Counted from the first letter of the stretch, positions 22,337 to 34,047 are shown. The stretch: 64,000 nucleotides of DNA from Alphaproteobacteria bacterium (GCA_028281985.1 JANQIU010000030.1:12615-76614); one strand, 5' to 3'. The notes: generated by a model not told the origin, from the sequence alone. Translations and numbers: made by a program.

Positions 22337-22439
22337 GGTCCACAGCGCCTGCAAGCAAATGTGGACCGCAGTTTGGTTAGTGTCTACTTCTCACGGAAGT
22401 GATGGTTGTTGAGAGAAGGGGGAAACCTTTCCCCCTTCT
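22337..22439 (-). other. two further stem-loops between the small ORF and the terminator
   Basis: GGTCCACA/TGTGGACC stem (22337..22367, 15-nt loop) and AGAAGGGGGAAA-cc-TTTCCCCCTTCT (22414..22439). Confidence 0.5.
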
Positions 22440-22685
22440 TTACAAACCGGTCGTACTCTGCTCCGGCATATTGCCCCGTTCGGTCGCTGTACTGACCATA
22501 TGTCGCTGACTTGGGGCATATCTCGCCCGAATAGTACCGATTCTTCGCTTCTGCGTACACAACTTTTCCTTTCCTGAATAGTCACGAGATATGGTGCGAA
22601 CCACCACATACGGTGTCGATTCGCCCCACTGGATCAAGATGACGATTCGCGACGATAGACGCAATCCCATAGTCTCAATGTTCAT
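22440..22685 (-). CDS. doubtful small basic ORF (81 aa) in a low-GC spacer
   Basis: Only open frame in the spacer. No SD before ATG 22685 (or TTG 22688) and no recognisable family. May be non-coding or a gene remnant. Confidence 0.2.
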   Translation of the reverse strand: MNIETMGLRLSSRIVILIQWGESTPYVVVRTISRDYSGKEKLCTQKRRIGTIRARYAPSQRHMVSTATERGNMPEQSTTGL

Positions 22686-22774
22686 CAATTTTTAATCATA
22701 GGAATTAATTCTCTCATTCGCCAAAGGTGTATCTCTACTAGCCCATGTTGAGAATGTTATGTCGATATGCGAGG

Positions 22775-23246
22775 TCACTCATCATACCCGCTGACCCGCC
22801 GCAGGCGGATCCACGGCGGCGAGGCATGGGCCGGGCGTTCGGTGATGACGAACCCGTGCCGCTGATAAAAGCGAACAGCACCCGTGTTCTCTGTCGATGT
22901 CTTTAACTCGATTGGCAGGGGCCGGGCACAGTCGACGACGGCTTGAAGGATGGCGGCCCCGATGCCGCGTCCCTGCCGGTCCGGATAGACGAACAGGTGG
23001 TGCAGGAACCACAGATCCAGTTCCACCCAGACCGACGCAAAGCCGATCACGCCGGCTTGCCGATCCTCGGCCACCCATTGCCGCTCGCCCTTGCTCTCGG
23101 CGGCCAGATCGTCGGCGCTGTCCGGCGGGTGCCAGTGCCAGGTGCGCCGGGCGGCAACGAAAACCACCTCGCAGGCGGCGGCGTCTTCGGCCCGGGCCGG
23201 CCGGATAAGGACCGTCCCGAGCCCCTCGGCCGCCGCCGCCAGCGGG

Positions 23247-23260
<14 letters not shown>
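22775..23260 (-). CDS. GNAT-family N-acetyltransferase
   Basis: Acetyl-CoA motif VYPDRQGRGIGAAIL and C-terminal RFYQRHGF. The start overlaps the ilvD stop by 14 nt. Confidence 0.85.
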
Positions 23261-24989
<1,729 letters not shown>

Positions 24990-25104
24990 GGTGGCGGGTT
25001 CCTTCGTCTTCGCGCGGTTCTTCATTCAAACGAAGACCGAAGACTAGCCCCCGCACCGGCAGATGCAAATGGCTCCCGGAGACGCGCGGCCCCGGCCCCG
25101 CCGG

Positions 25105-27801
25105 TCAGCCGGCGCTGACGCGGGCCAGGGCGGCGGCGACCTTTTCGCGCGTCGACAGGTAGTCGGCGCGCCGGTCGCGCTGTTCGGCGACCACCTCCTC
25201 CGGCGCCTTCTCGACGAATTGCGGGTTGGCCAGCTTCTTGTCGATCTTGGCGATCTCCCCGTCCAGCTTGCCGATCTCCCGCTCCAACCGCTCGCGCTCC
25301 TGGTCCAGGTCGATGACCTCCGCCAGCGGCAGAAACAGCGTCGCGTCGTCGAGCACCGCCTGGGCGGAGCCCTTGGGTGCCGGCGCGTCGATGATCCGGG
25401 CATCGGTCAAGCGCGCCAGATGCACGATCAGATCGTGATGCCGCGACAACCGGTCGGCCGTCCGGTCGCTGGCGCCGCGCAGCAGAAGCTCGATGCGCGC
25501 TGACGCCGGCACGTTCATCTCTGCCCGGACCGCGCGAACCATGCCGATCAGCCGCACCACCCACTCCATCTCGTCGCCGGCATGCCGGTCCGGATCGACG
25601 GCGGCATAGTCCGGCCAGGGACGGCTGATTAGCAGGTCGCCCTGCCGGTCGCCGATCGCCCCCCACAGTTCTTCGGTGACGAACGGCATGATCGGGTTCA
25701 ACTGATGCAGGATCTGATCCAGCACCCAGGCGGTACAGGCGCGCGTTTCCGCCGCTGCGGCATCGTCGGAACCGGTGAGGATCGGTTTGGTGAACTCCAG
25801 ATACCAGTCGCAGAACTGCGCCCAGGTGAACTGGTAGAGCGCACCGGCAGCCTCGTTGAAGCGGTACTGGGCGAAGGCCTGCTCCACCTTCGCCGCGGTA
25901 TCGATCACCGCCCCGATGATCCAGCGGTTCACGGTCAGCCGGCAGGCCGTCGGGTCGAAGCCGTCCACCGGCCGGCAGTCGTTCATTTGGCAGTAGCGGG
26001 CCGCATTCCACAGCTTGGTGGCGAAGTTGCGGTACCCCTCGACCCGCTGGTCGGACAGCTTGATGTCGCGCCCCTGGGCGGCCATGGCCGTCAGCGTCAT
26101 GCGCAGGGCATCGGCGCCGTAGCGGTCGATCAGTCCCAGGGGATCGATGATGTTGCCCTTGGACTTGGACATCTTCTGTCCCTTCTCGTCCCGCACCAGG
26201 GCATGCATGTAGACGGTGCGGAACGGCACTTCGCCCATGAAGTGCAGTCCCATCATCATCATCCGGGCGACCCAGAAGAAGATGATGTCGTGGGCGGTGA
26301 TCAGAACGTCGCCCGGATAGTAGCGGTCGACCTCCGGTGCCGGGTCCGGCCAGCCCAGGGTGGAGAACGGCCAGAGGGCCGATGAAAACCAGGTGTCGAG
26401 CACGTCGGGGTCGCGGGTCAGCGCGGCGTCGTGCCCGTAGTGCCGCTTGGCCGCGGCCTGCGCTTCCTCTTCCGACTGTTCGACGAACACGGTCCCGTCC
26501 GGGCCGTACCAGGCCGGGATCTGATGGCCCCACCAGAGCTGGCGCGATATGCACCAGGGCTCGATGTTGCGCATCCATTCGAAATAGGTGTTCTCCCAGG
26601 TGCGCGGCACGAAAACCGTGCGCCCCTCCTCCACGGCGCGGATCGCCGGCTGCGCCAGGGTCTCGGCATCGACGTACCACTGGTCGGTCAGCCAGGGTTC
26701 GATCGCCGTGCCCGACCGGTCGCCATGCGGCACCGTATGCAGATGGTCGTCGATCCGTTCCAGCAGATCCTGGGCGGCGAAGTCGGCGATGATCCGCTTG
26801 CGGGCTTCATAGCGGTCCAGCCCGGCATAGGCGGCCGGCAGGGCGCTGTCCGGTTCGCTTCCGTCGCCGCCCGGCACCACCTCCGCGGTCGCCAGAATGC
26901 GCGCGTCGCGATCCATGACGTTGATCATCGGCAGGCCATGCCGCTTGCCGACGTTGAAGTCGTTGAAATCGTGGGCCGGTGTGATCTTGACGGCGCCCGA
27001 CCCCTGTTCGGGATCGGCGTAGTCATCGGCGACGATGGGGATCCGGCGGTCGACCAGCGGCAGAAGCACGTCCTGCCCGATCAGGTCCCGGTAGCGGTCG
27101 TCGTCGGGATGCACCGCCACGGCCGTATCGCCAAGCATGGTCTCCGGACGGGTAGTGGCGACGGTGATGAACCGTTGCGGATCATCGGCGAGCGGATACT
27201 TCAGGTGCCAGAGATGGCCCTTGGTTTCCTTCTGCTCGACCTCCAGGTCGGAAATGGCCGTGTGCAGCCGCGGGTCCCAGTTGACCAGCCGCTTGTCCTT
27301 GTAGATCAGGCCCTGCTTGAAGAGCTGGACGAACACCTTGCGGACGGCGTGGCTGAGCCCCTCGTCCATGGTGAACCGCTCGCGGCGCCAATCCGGCGAT
27401 GCCCCCAAACGGCGTAGCTGCCGCGTGATCGTGCCGCCGGATTCCGCTTTCCAGTCCCAGACCCTGGCCACGAAACCGTCGCGGCCCAGGTCGTGACGGG
27501 TCTTGCCCTCGCCGGCCAGTTGGCGCTCGACCACGCTCTGGGTGGCGATGCCGGCATGGTCGGTTCCCGGCTGCCAAAGCGCGTCGCGGCCCGATCGGCG
27601 GTAGTACCGGGTCAGGACGTCCTGCAAGGTCATGTTGAGCGCGTGGCCCATATGCAGGCTGCCGGTTACGTTCGGCGGCGGCATCATCACGCAGAAAGGC
27701 TGCGCGTTCGATGTGGTGTTGCTGGCGAACGCGCCCGACTGTTCCCAGGTGGGGTATGTGCGCGCCTCCACTTCGGACGGGCTATAGGTCTTGTCCAGCA
27801 T
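25105..27801 (-). CDS. valS: valine--tRNA ligase
   Basis: About 898 aa. HIGH-type [20 protein letters not shown]-terminal coiled coil. ATG at 27801 (MLDKTY) preferred. Confidence 0.95.
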   Translation of the reverse strand: MLDKTYSPSEVEARTYPTWEQSGAFASNTTSNAQPFCVMMPPPNVTGSLHMGHALNMTLQDVLTRYYRRSGRDALWQPGTDHAGIATQSVVERQLAGEGKTRHDLGRDGFVARVWDWKAESGGTITRQLRRLGASPDWRRERFTMDEGLSHAVRKVFVQLFKQGLIYKDKRLVNWDPRLHTAISDLEVEQKETKGHLWHLKYPLADDPQRFITVATTRPETMLGDTAVAVHPDDDRYRDLIGQDVLLPLVDRRIPIVADDYADPEQGSGAVKITPAHDFNDFNVGKRHGLPMINVMDRDARILATAEVVPGGDGSEPDSALPAAYAGLDRYEARKRIIADFAAQDLLERIDDHLHTVPHGDRSGTAIEPWLTDQWYVDAETLAQPAIRAVEEGRTVFVPRTWENTYFEWMRNIEPWCISRQLWWGHQIPAWYGPDGTVFVEQSEEEAQAAAKRHYGHDAALTRDPDVLDTWFSSALWPFSTLGWPDPAPEVDRYYPGDVLITAHDIIFFWVARMMMMGLHFMGEVPFRTVYMHALVRDEKGQKMSKSKGNIIDPLGLIDRYGADALRMTLTAMAAQGRDIKLSDQRVEGYRNFATKLWNAARYCQMNDCRPVDGFDPTACRLTVNRWIIGAVIDTAAKVEQAFAQYRFNEAAGALYQFTWAQFCDWYLEFTKPILTGSDDAAAAETRACTAWVLDQILHQLNPIMPFVTEELWGAIGDRQGDLLISRPWPDYAAVDPDRHAGDEMEWVVRLIGMVRAVRAEMNVPASARIELLLRGASDRTADRLSRHHDLIVHLARLTDARIIDAPAPKGSAQAVLDDATLFLPLAEVIDLDQERERLEREIGKLDGEIAKIDKKLANPQFVEKAPEEVVAEQRDRRADYLSTREKVAAALARVSAG

Positions 27802-27925
27802 GGCCCAACTCGGCATCGATGGGGTTGGAAGACGGAAAGCGGGATAAAGCCCGGCTTGTGGCGCCCCTGCAAGGGCGACGGCCGGAGATCGATCGCAGCG
27901 CGGACCTTAGGGCAGGATCAGCGCT

Positions 27926-28564
27926 CTAGCGGCCGTGGCCCGATCGTCCAATGCGGCTGACCTCCCGCTCTACGGCCCTTTCGACCATGCCTGGCAGATG
28001 CGTATCCAGCCATTCGCGGAGCATGGGGCGCAGCATCTCGCGGACGATCTGCTCCACGGTCGCCGCACCGTTGCCCAACGGCAGGGCCCCGTCGACGGCA
28101 TCGGCGGCATTCAGGCGGGCAAAGGCTGCGCTGGTCAGGCTCTCGGTTGCCGAGGACACCAGACGGTCGTCCTGCGCAGGCGTTTCAAAATCGGGTACCG
28201 GCGGCAGCGGATCGGCGTCCAGCGCCGGCGAGGGCTCGGCCTCGAAAACGGGTTCTGGCTCCGGTTCCGGCTGCGGGGCCGGCGGTTCCTCGACGATCTC
28301 CGTCAGTTCCAGGACATCGTCATCATCCGCTTCCGCGGCGACCGGCTCCGGTTCGGCCGGCTCCGGCTCGACAGGGTCTGGTTCGACAGGTTCCGGTTCG
28401 ACCGGCTCGGGCTCGGACGCGGCTTCCAGCTCCGCATCGGGTTCCGGCTGGGCTTCTTCGGTCTCGTCGCCCTGTTCGGAACCTTCCTCGGAGATGATGC
28501 GGCGGATGGAGGCGAGGATCTCCTCCATCGACGGTTCTTGTTGAGTCTTAGACGCTTGGCTCAT
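27926..28564 (-). CDS. DUF2497 / PopZ-like polar organising protein
   Basis: N-terminus EPSMEEILASIRRIISEE, acidic Pro/Glu linker, C-terminus VREMLRPMLREWLDTHLPGMVERAVEREVSRI. Resembles Caulobacter PopZ as I remember it, and is adjacent to valS. Confidence 0.75.
   Translation of the reverse strand: MSQASKTQQEPSMEEILASIRRIISEEGSEQGDETEEAQPEPDAELEAASEPEPVEPEPVEPDPVEPEPAEPEPVAAEADDDDVLELTEIVEEPPAPQPEPEPEPVFEAEPSPALDADPLPPVPDFETPAQDDRLVSSATESLTSAAFARLNAADAVDGALPLGNGAATVEQIVREMLRPMLREWLDTHLPGMVERAVEREVSRIGRSGHGR
28344..28418 (-). repeat. five tandem 15-nt coding repeats (PVEPE-type) inside the PopZ-like gene
   Basis: ggctccggttcggcc / ggctccggctcgaca / gggtctggttcgaca / ggttccggttcgacc / ggctcgggctcggac. 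Confidence 0.85.
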
Positions 28565-28696
28565 GCCAACTTAACCGGCCCATGACGATTGAACGCCCAG
28601 CGATCCGCGGGCGTTACGCTACACGGTAAAAGCATGTGGTTAAGAAACACAAACGCTTTTACTGCGATGCCGCGGCCGGGGCGCCGTCAAGCCCGG

Positions 28697-30058
28697 TCAA
28701 CGGCCCTCAATTCCGGTGCCAATAAGGGCATCGCGAACGGCGTCGTAGTCGGCTTCGACGTTGTAATACTCGACCGGCAGACCCAGGTCGCGGGCCGTCA
28801 ACTGCCCGACGGCCGACAACACCGCGAACCCGGCCACGACTTCATCCCGCTGGGCGCGGACCAGCGACACCCGGGCATCCAGCAGCTCCTGTTCCGCATC
28901 CAGCACGTCCAGGACGGTTCGCGAGCCGACCTGCGCTTCCTGCTGAACCCCGTCCAGGGCGATCTCTGCCGATCGCACCTGGCTGAGGAAACTCTGGATC
29001 GTCGCTCGGGCGGTCGTCAGGGCCTCCCAGGCGGTGACCGCCGTCTCGATCGATCCCCGGCGCGCGGTTTCGATGTCGATACGGGCCTGGCTGGCAAGCC
29101 CGCGGGCCTGGCGGATGCGCGCGTATTCGGCCCCCGACTGGTACAGCGACACGCGAAGCTGGGCCGTCACCGTCGCCACATCGGTGGTATCGATGCCCGC
29201 ACTCGGTTCGAAGCTGCGACTGACGGAACCCTCGAGCGACAGCGTCGGAAACAGCTCGCTGCGGGCGGAATCGATGTCGTCCTCGGCCGCGCGCTGGGCG
29301 AACACGGCCTGCAGGATCGCCGGGTCGTTCTGTTCCGCCAGCGCCACGGTCTCTTCCAGGGAGGTCGGCAAACCCTCCAGCGGCCTGGGGGCGATCAACA
29401 GGCCCGGCGCCGCGCCGATGACGCGTTCGAACTCGGCGCGCACGGTGCGCAGGCTTCCCTCCGCCCCGATACGGTCGGCCACGGCGCCCGCCAGGCGCGA
29501 TTCGGCCTGGCTGACGTCGGTCCGGGTCAGTTCGCCCACGGCAAAACGGTCTTCGGTTGCGTCCAACTGGCGTTGGAGCACGTCCTCGTTGTTGATGTTC
29601 AGCTCCAGAACAGCCTGGGCCTCAACCACGTCCATGAACGCCGTGGCGGCGGACAGCAACACCGACTGTTCGATGATCAGGACCGTCGCCCGGGCCGACA
29701 GCACGCTGTTCTCCGCACTGCTGACGTCGGCATCGACGCGCCCGGCGGTGAAGATCGGCTGGCTGAGGGTGATGCCGATCGACCCCGGTGTCGTCAGTTC
29801 GTCCTGGTCGCCGGGTGGCTCGGGGTCGACGTTCTGCCATTCGACGCCGGCGGACCCGAAAGCCTCGATTGTCGGGCGAAAGCCGGACAACGCCAGCGGG
29901 ACGCCCTCATTGGTGGCCCGCAAAGCCGCCAGCTGGGCCGCCAGTTCCGGATTGGTCTCGTAGGCCAGCGCCAAGGCCTCGGCCAGCGAGTTCTGGGCAG
30001 CGGCCGGGCCGGCACCGGCCATCAGCACGCCGGCAAGCAATCCAATGCACTTCCGCAT
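28697..30058 (-). CDS. tolC: TolC-family outer-membrane efflux/secretion protein
   Basis: ATG at 30058 gives the signal peptide MRKCIGLLAGVLMAGAGPAAA/QN, then two TolC repeat halves. The start shares one nt with the rhodanese stop (TGATG). Confidence 0.88.
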   Translation of the reverse strand: MRKCIGLLAGVLMAGAGPAAAQNSLAEALALAYETNPELAAQLAALRATNEGVPLALSGFRPTIEAFGSAGVEWQNVDPEPPGDQDELTTPGSIGITLSQPIFTAGRVDADVSSAENSVLSARATVLIIEQSVLLSAATAFMDVVEAQAVLELNINNEDVLQRQLDATEDRFAVGELTRTDVSQAESRLAGAVADRIGAEGSLRTVRAEFERVIGAAPGLLIAPRPLEGLPTSLEETVALAEQNDPAILQAVFAQRAAEDDIDSARSELFPTLSLEGSVSRSFEPSAGIDTTDVATVTAQLRVSLYQSGAEYARIRQARGLASQARIDIETARRGSIETAVTAWEALTTARATIQSFLSQVRSAEIALDGVQQEAQVGSRTVLDVLDAEQELLDARVSLVRAQRDEVVAGFAVLSAVGQLTARDLGLPVEYYNVEADYDAVRDALIGTGIEGR

Positions 30059-30360
30059 CAATACCGCCTCATGGTCGGGTCGATCTGCGTCGCCCAGGCA
30101 TCGATGCCGCCCCTTAGGTTGACGGCACGATCGAAACCGGATGCCCGCAGCCAAGCCGTGGCATGATGGCTTCGCACACCGGAATGGCAAATCACGACGA
30201 GTGTCCTGTCCCGGGGCAGGCTGTCGACCGCGGTCGGCAGGTCGGCCATCGGGACATGCAGGCTCGGCTCAAGCGCGGCGATGTCGCGCTCCCAGGCTTC
30301 CCGGACGTCCAGAACGTGATGGGGTTCACCCGACGCCCGCAGTTCCGACAGCCGGGCCAC
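30058..30360 (-). CDS. single-domain rhodanese sulfurtransferase
   Basis: Active-site loop CHSGVRS and C-terminal GGIDAW. GTG at 30360 chosen, giving about 100 aa. The start is uncertain. Confidence 0.7.
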   Translation of the reverse strand: MARLSELRASGEPHHVLDVREAWERDIAALEPSLHVPMADLPTAVDSLPRDRTLVVICHSGVRSHHATAWLRASGFDRAVNLRGGIDAWATQIDPTMRRY

Positions 30361-30424
30361 ATCGATATGCGGATCGGCATCGGCCCCGTCGCTGCCGGGT
30401 GATTCGTGCGATCGCTGGGCGGCG

Positions 30425-31090
30425 TCAGAAGACAAAGCTCGGCTCCGGCGCGAAACCGGGAAGCAAGGGCGTGTTGGCGTCGAACAACGCGCGATGGGCA
30501 ACGCTGCCGCCGACACGGCTGAACAGCATCACCTGGCCCAGTCCGCCCTCCGGCGCGACGACAGCCACAAGGCGCCCGCCCTCGCCGATCTGATCGAGAA
30601 GCGCCGCCGGCACCTCGGCGACCGCGCCGCCCAGGATGATGGCCGGATAGGGGCTCTGGTCGACATGCCCACCGGTCATGTCCCCTTCGATGACCACGGC
30701 GTTGTCGATGCCCAGATCCGACAGGTTCTCGGTCGCCGTGCGCACCATTTCCGGGTCGCTGTCCAGCGCCACGACCGTGTTGGCCAAAGCCGCCAGGACG
30801 GCGGTGGAGTAGCCGGTGCCGCATCCGATATCCAAGGCCACCTCGTCCGGCCGGATGCGAAGGGCATTGATCATGCGGGCGAACACCATCGGCTCCATCA
30901 GGTGCCGGCCGTTCCCCAGGGCAATGTCCTCGTCCAGATAGGCAAAACCGCGCTGCGGGCGCGGGACGAAAACCTCCCGCGGGATCCGGGACATCACATC
31001 GACGATTGCCGGATCGGTCACCCGGTTCGGCTTTATCTGCGACGCGACCATGCGGCTGCGCGCCAACTCGAAATCAACGCTCGGGGTCAT
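30425..31090 (-). CDS. protein-L-isoaspartate O-methyltransferase family paralog
   Basis: ATG at 31090. SAM motif ALDIGCGTGYSTAVLA and N-terminal RMVASQIKPNRVTD. Second Pcm-family gene in the window. Confidence 0.8.
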   Translation of the reverse strand: MTPSVDFELARSRMVASQIKPNRVTDPAIVDVMSRIPREVFVPRPQRGFAYLDEDIALGNGRHLMEPMVFARMINALRIRPDEVALDIGCGTGYSTAVLAALANTVVALDSDPEMVRTATENLSDLGIDNAVVIEGDMTGGHVDQSPYPAIILGGAVAEVPAALLDQIGEGGRLVAVVAPEGGLGQVMLFSRVGGSVAHRALFDANTPLLPGFAPEPSFVF

Positions 31091-31299
31091 CGGACCTCGT
31101 CCATCGCGCGGAACCAATTGAAGGCACCATAGCAGGAATGCCGTGCCAGATAAGACGACCGCTTCGGAAACGCGGCTGATCGATGCGATGTATACTGGTG
31201 GTAAGCGATGGAAACAACGCGGTTTCCAGGTGGACGGTACGGTGTCGCGGTCCATGCCTTGACGCGTCAGCCAGCGGGCGCCTAAGTGTCGGAGTATCC

Positions 31300-31373
31300 G
31301 GCGCGGTGGCGGAGAGGCTACGCAGAGGACTGCAAATCCTTGTACACCGGTTCGAATCCGGTCCGCGCCTCCA
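31300..31373 (+). tRNA. tRNA-Cys (GCA)
   Basis: 74 nt. Acceptor GGCGCGG/CCGCGCC, anticodon loop CTGCAAA, T-arm GGTTCGAATCC, encoded CCA. Confidence 0.9.
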
Positions 31374-31713
31374 GCCCACATCAGGGCGGCGACACGCCCA
31401 AGACATCCGAATGCGCGATCTGCGGACGAAGGCCGGCGGGCGGACCCGCCGTTGTCTAGGTCGTGTTCGGCATCGGTCGGCGGGCATGCCCACGAACAAT
31501 AGAATTGCCTTCCCCGGCCGCTCGCCAAATCGGTCGTCGGATCGCGAGAAATGTAACATCTAAATGTCTGTTATGCGTAAGACGTAGCAGCCCAACATTG
31601 CAATTTAACTCGCCGTTATATCATTAGCGACTATTTTAGAACCGTGACGTGTGCACCGGATCCATGCTGATATGTTGTTAACCTATTTCGATAGGCTGCG
31701 TGTCCATTCAACA

Positions 31714-32523
31714 ATGACCGTAGTCTGGCTACTGGTATTGCTGGCGCCGTTGCCCGCGGCGGCGGACACGCTGACGATCGGCGGCAGCGGCGCCGTGCTG
31801 TCGACGATCCGCCTGCTCGCAGATGCCGCCGCTGATACCCTGCCTGACGTTACGGTCCGGGTGCTGCCCAGCCTGGGAAGTACCGGCGGCATCCGCGCGC
31901 TGCAGGACAGCCATGTCGATCTGGCCGTCACCTCCCGGCCGTTGACCGACGACGAACGCGCGACGGGCCTTCGCTCGTTCCATCTGGCCGATACCCCCAT
32001 CGCATTCGTCAGTTCCCGTTCGGGCCCGCTGGACGTGTCGGCCGATCGGGTGGTCGAGCTGTTCGCGCAGATCTGCAACCACTGGCCCGATGGCACGCCC
32101 GTGCGGATCATTCTGCGTCCCGAACAGGAATCGCTCTATCGGCGGCTGGCAACCGACCTGCCAGGGTTCGCGGAAGCGATCGCATCAGCCTATCGCCGAC
32201 CGGAGATACCGATCGCGGCCACCGACCAGGAGAACGTCAACCTGGCCCGGATGGTCTTCGGCTCGTTCACGGCCGCCACCCTGGCACAGGTGATGACGGA
32301 AGCGCCGGACCTCACCATCGTCAGCCTGGACGGCGTTGCACCGTCGGCGGAACACATCGTCGACGGCCGCTATCCGCTGGCCATGCCGTTCTTCCTGGTC
32401 GCCTCCCCGCAGGCAAGCGAACCCGCGCGCCGCTTTCTGGATTTCGTGCTGTCCTCCGATGCCGCATCCGTGCTGGCGGGGGTCGGCCAGATCCCGGCCG
32501 GCGACCGCGCAGCGCTGCCCTGA
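31714..32523 (+). CDS. PstS-like (PBP_like_2) periplasmic substrate-binding protein
   Basis: ATG at 31714 gives the signal peptide MTVVWLLVLLAPLPAAA/DT. Motifs GGSGAV and GSTGGIRALQDSHVDLAVTSRPLTDDE. Confidence 0.75.
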   Translation: MTVVWLLVLLAPLPAAADTLTIGGSGAVLSTIRLLADAAADTLPDVTVRVLPSLGSTGGIRALQDSHVDLAVTSRPLTDDERATGLRSFHLADTPIAFVSSRSGPLDVSADRVVELFAQICNHWPDGTPVRIILRPEQESLYRRLATDLPGFAEAIASAYRRPEIPIAATDQENVNLARMVFGSFTAATLAQVMTEAPDLTIVSLDGVAPSAEHIVDGRYPLAMPFFLVASPQASEPARRFLDFVLSSDAASVLAGVGQIPAGDRAALP

Positions 32524-32538
32524 TCGCCCGGACCACCG

Positions 32539-34047
32539 ATGGTGAAGAGCCTTTCAAAGATCGCCAGCATGCGGCGCAAGTTGCGCCGGTTCTCCATGCT
32601 GATCGCCGTTTTCACAGCCTTGACCGTCCCGGTTGGCTACCTTGTTGCATCGCTGGTCCATGCCAACGCCATGATGTCGGAGTTTTCCCAGTATTATGCC
32701 GAGCGCCTGGCGCAGTACGCCTATACGAGCGGCCCGGCGTGGGAGTACTCGGGCGAGCACATCGTCACGCTGATCCAACCCCGGCAGCGGCTCAAGCCGT
32801 TGCTGCAGCAGACCGTCCGCAATGCCGACGGCGTAGTCATCGCCACGCGGGGGCATGTCGCCGGACCCCATTGGCGCACCGCGGCACCGATCGTTGTGGC
32901 GGGGGAACAACTGGGTGAAATCGAAACCACGATAACCCTGACGCCGACCCTTTGGCAGAGCCTGGCGGCCGCGGTCTTAGGCGCCCTTCTGGGAGGCGGC
33001 GCCTATCTGGCGATGCATCTGTTGCCGATGCGATCGCTAACGAACGCCCTGTCCGAGCTGCAGTCGGCCATGCTGGCGAAACAGCAGATGGCGTCGGAAA
33101 CGGCGGGGGCGTTCCGGGAACTGGAAGGCAGCTACCGCGCCCTGGAGGAAACCAAGCACGACCTTGAGGCGGCACGGAACCGGGCCAAGGCCGCCGATCG
33201 CAGCAAATCAGCCTTCCTGGCCTCGATGAGCCACGAGCTTCGCACCCCGCTGAACGCGATCATCGGGTTTTCCGAGATGATCTCGTCCGAGGTCTTCGGG
33301 CCGATTGGCCACCCGAAATACTGCGAGTACGCAACCGATATCCGGGACAGCGGCCAGCATCTGGTCAACCTGGTCGGCGACGTCCTCGATCTGTCCAAGA
33401 TCGAGGTCGGCAAACTGACCCTAAACCCTCAGCCGGTCGACCTGCCGCATGTACTGAACGACTGCCTGCGGGTAATGCGCGGTCGTGCGGAGGAGTCGTC
33501 CATCACCCTCCGCATCGAGGCGGCACCAGCATCACTGCCGGTCATCGTCGCCGATGAGCTGCGCATCAAGCAGATCCTGCTCAACCTCCTGTCCAACTCA
33601 TGGAAGTTCACGCCCGAGGGCGGCACGATCACGATTTCGGCGGACAGTGAGATCGAAGGGTTCGTGCGCATCAAGGTCACGGATACCGGGATCGGGATGG
33701 ACGCGAAGGACCTTCATCGGGTGATGAGCCCGTTCGAGCAGGCCAAGACCCACAACTACGCCAAGATGGAGGGGAGCGGGCTGGGCCTCCCCCTCGCCCG
33801 GGCGCTGGCGCGCCAGCATGGCGGCGACCTGGTTCTGGAGAGTGCGGTGGGGACCGGAACGATGGCGGTCGTCACTCTGCCGGTATCGGCGCTGCCGCCG
33901 CGCAGCCCCTTGGAGGTCCGATCCATCCTGGAAGACCAGGATCGCAACGAGAAAAACCGAACGGCGCCGACCACTGGTGACGATCTTCGGCGGGAACCGA
34001 CCCGTCCGCCGTCCGGGCATGTCGGCGAGCCGGCCGTGGCGGAGTAA
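32539..34047 (+). CDS. membrane sensor histidine kinase with a DivJ/PleC-like catalytic core and no receiver domain
   Basis: Two TM segments flank a periplasmic segment of about 120 aa. H-box FLASMSHELRTPLNAIIGFSE, then GPIGHPKYCEYATDIRDSGQHLVNLVGDVLDLSKIE. HATPase motifs NLLSNSWKF, DTGIGM, GSGLGL. Confidence 0.88.
   Translation: MVKSLSKIASMRRKLRRFSMLIAVFTALTVPVGYLVASLVHANAMMSEFSQYYAERLAQYAYTSGPAWEYSGEHIVTLIQPRQRLKPLLQQTVRNADGVVIATRGHVAGPHWRTAAPIVVAGEQLGEIETTITLTPTLWQSLAAAVLGALLGGGAYLAMHLLPMRSLTNALSELQSAMLAKQQMASETAGAFRELEGSYRALEETKHDLEAARNRAKAADRSKSAFLASMSHELRTPLNAIIGFSEMISSEVFGPIGHPKYCEYATDIRDSGQHLVNLVGDVLDLSKIEVGKLTLNPQPVDLPHVLNDCLRVMRGRAEESSITLRIEAAPASLPVIVADELRIKQILLNLLSNSWKFTPEGGTITISADSEIEGFVRIKVTDTGIGMDAKDLHRVMSPFEQAKTHNYAKMEGSGLGLPLARALARQHGGDLVLESAVGTGTMAVVTLPVSALPPRSPLEVRSILEDQDRNEKNRTAPTTGDDLRREPTRPPSGHVGEPAVAE

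Noticed and set aside
22246-22367. Four copies of TGTGGA(A/C) in both orientations (22246, 22278, 22337, 22360), resembling partial DnaA boxes (TGTGGATAA).
   Set aside because: Each matches only 6-7 of 9 positions. Two of them are simply the arms of one hairpin. The locus has no origin-type context (no AT-rich unwinding element with dnaA, hemE or parAB neighbours).
22391-22609. 72-aa minus-strand ORF in the low-GC spacer.
   Set aside because: It reads straight through the 12-bp GC hairpin at 22414..22439, has no SD, and overlaps the other doubtful ORF in a different frame.
28344-28418. Short tandem repeats that could be mistaken for a CRISPR-like or VNTR array. The same applies to 57395..57424.
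   Set aside because: The units are contiguous 15-nt in-frame coding repeats without spacers, lying inside the PopZ-like and OmpA-like genes. They are not a repeat-spacer array.
31605-31619. TTAA-N7-TTAT upstream of the PstS-like gene, resembling a CtrA box (TTAA-N7-TTAA).
   Set aside because: It has one mismatch in a half-site, is a single occurrence in an AT-richer stretch, and such a match is expected by chance. The other TTAA pairs I checked (18676, 21771, 22692) have the wrong spacing.
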